From Candidatus Eiseniibacteriota bacterium (GTDB taxonomy: Bacteria > Eisenbacteria > RBG-16-71-46 > CAIMUX01 > VGJL01), in the NCBI GenBank assembly GCA_963792585.1, contig CAWBWI010000001.1, positions 896,001 to 960,000 on the forward strand: a stretch of 64,000 nt of DNA, written 5' to 3'. The translations under genes were made by a program, and so were the position numbers. The stretch's first letter is position 1. Each line of letters starts with the position of its first letter. Of the stretch, positions 63,769-64,000 are shown one piece after another. The notes under the pieces were generated by a model, which searched no databases, was not told where the DNA came from, and saw only the letters and a program-made list of their open reading frames with translations.

Positions 63769-64000
63769 ATGATCGTCTCGACGACGCAGGAGCGGATCCT
63801 CCGGGGCGCGATTCCAGGAACCTTGGCGAGGCTGGCGTGGCCGGTGCTCGTATCCATGGCGTTTCATACCTTCTTCAACATCGTAAACGCGTTCTGGGTC
63901 GGCCGCCTCGGCCCCGCCGCGCTCGCCGCCGTCACGACGAGTCTATTCGCCACATGGAGCATCTGGGCGTTCGCGGAAATGGTCGGGGTGGGGCTGGTCG
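63769..64000 (+). CDS. MATE family efflux transporter (N-terminal part, runs off the right edge)
   Basis: Manual translation MIVSTTQERILRGAIPGTLARLAWPVLVSM..NIVNAFWVGRLGPAALAAV; AGGGAGG RBS. Confidence 0.8.
   Translation, partial: MIVSTTQERILRGAIPGTLARLAWPVLVSMAFHTFFNIVNAFWVGRLGPAALAAVTTSLFATWSIWAFAEMVGVGLV

Overview
High-GC bacterial chromosomal window with no rRNA, tRNA, CRISPR array or mobile element that I can support. Gingipain-type C25 peptidases and shared FlgD/T9SS-like C-terminal domains suggest an FCB-group lineage such as Eisenbacteria or Latescibacteria-like (inference). Main content: a System II cytochrome c biogenesis pair, a divergent transketolase, a complete 10-gene heme operon (hemX-like, hemA, hemC, tetR::hemD, hemB, hemL, hemE, hemN, hemH, hemY), aconitase, a CarH-like B12 photoreceptor unit, kynurenine genes, an M1 aminopeptidase, SOS genes (dinB, lexA), a 2-oxoacid dehydrogenase/lipoylation operon, prolyl oligopeptidase, two tandem C25 peptidases and a PerR-rubrerythrin cluster. 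The best candidate for a new system is in the heme operon. Its only uroporphyrinogen-III synthase is fused in-frame behind a full TetR repressor. A perfect 9-2-9 palindrome (TGAACTGAC-CA-GTCAGTTCA) lies just downstream of the operon's predicted sigma70 promoter. Together these suggest an enzyme that also represses its own pathway. Also notable: Gram-positive-type SOS boxes (CGAAC-N4-GTTCG) in near-identical promoters of lexA and dinB, and a DksA/TraR zinc finger fused to a PP2C phosphatase. Many genes at about 19.5-20.1, 38.3-47.9, 52-53 and 59-60.2 kb are frameshifted, most likely by sequencing indels. All family assignments come from motif recognition by eye, not database searches.
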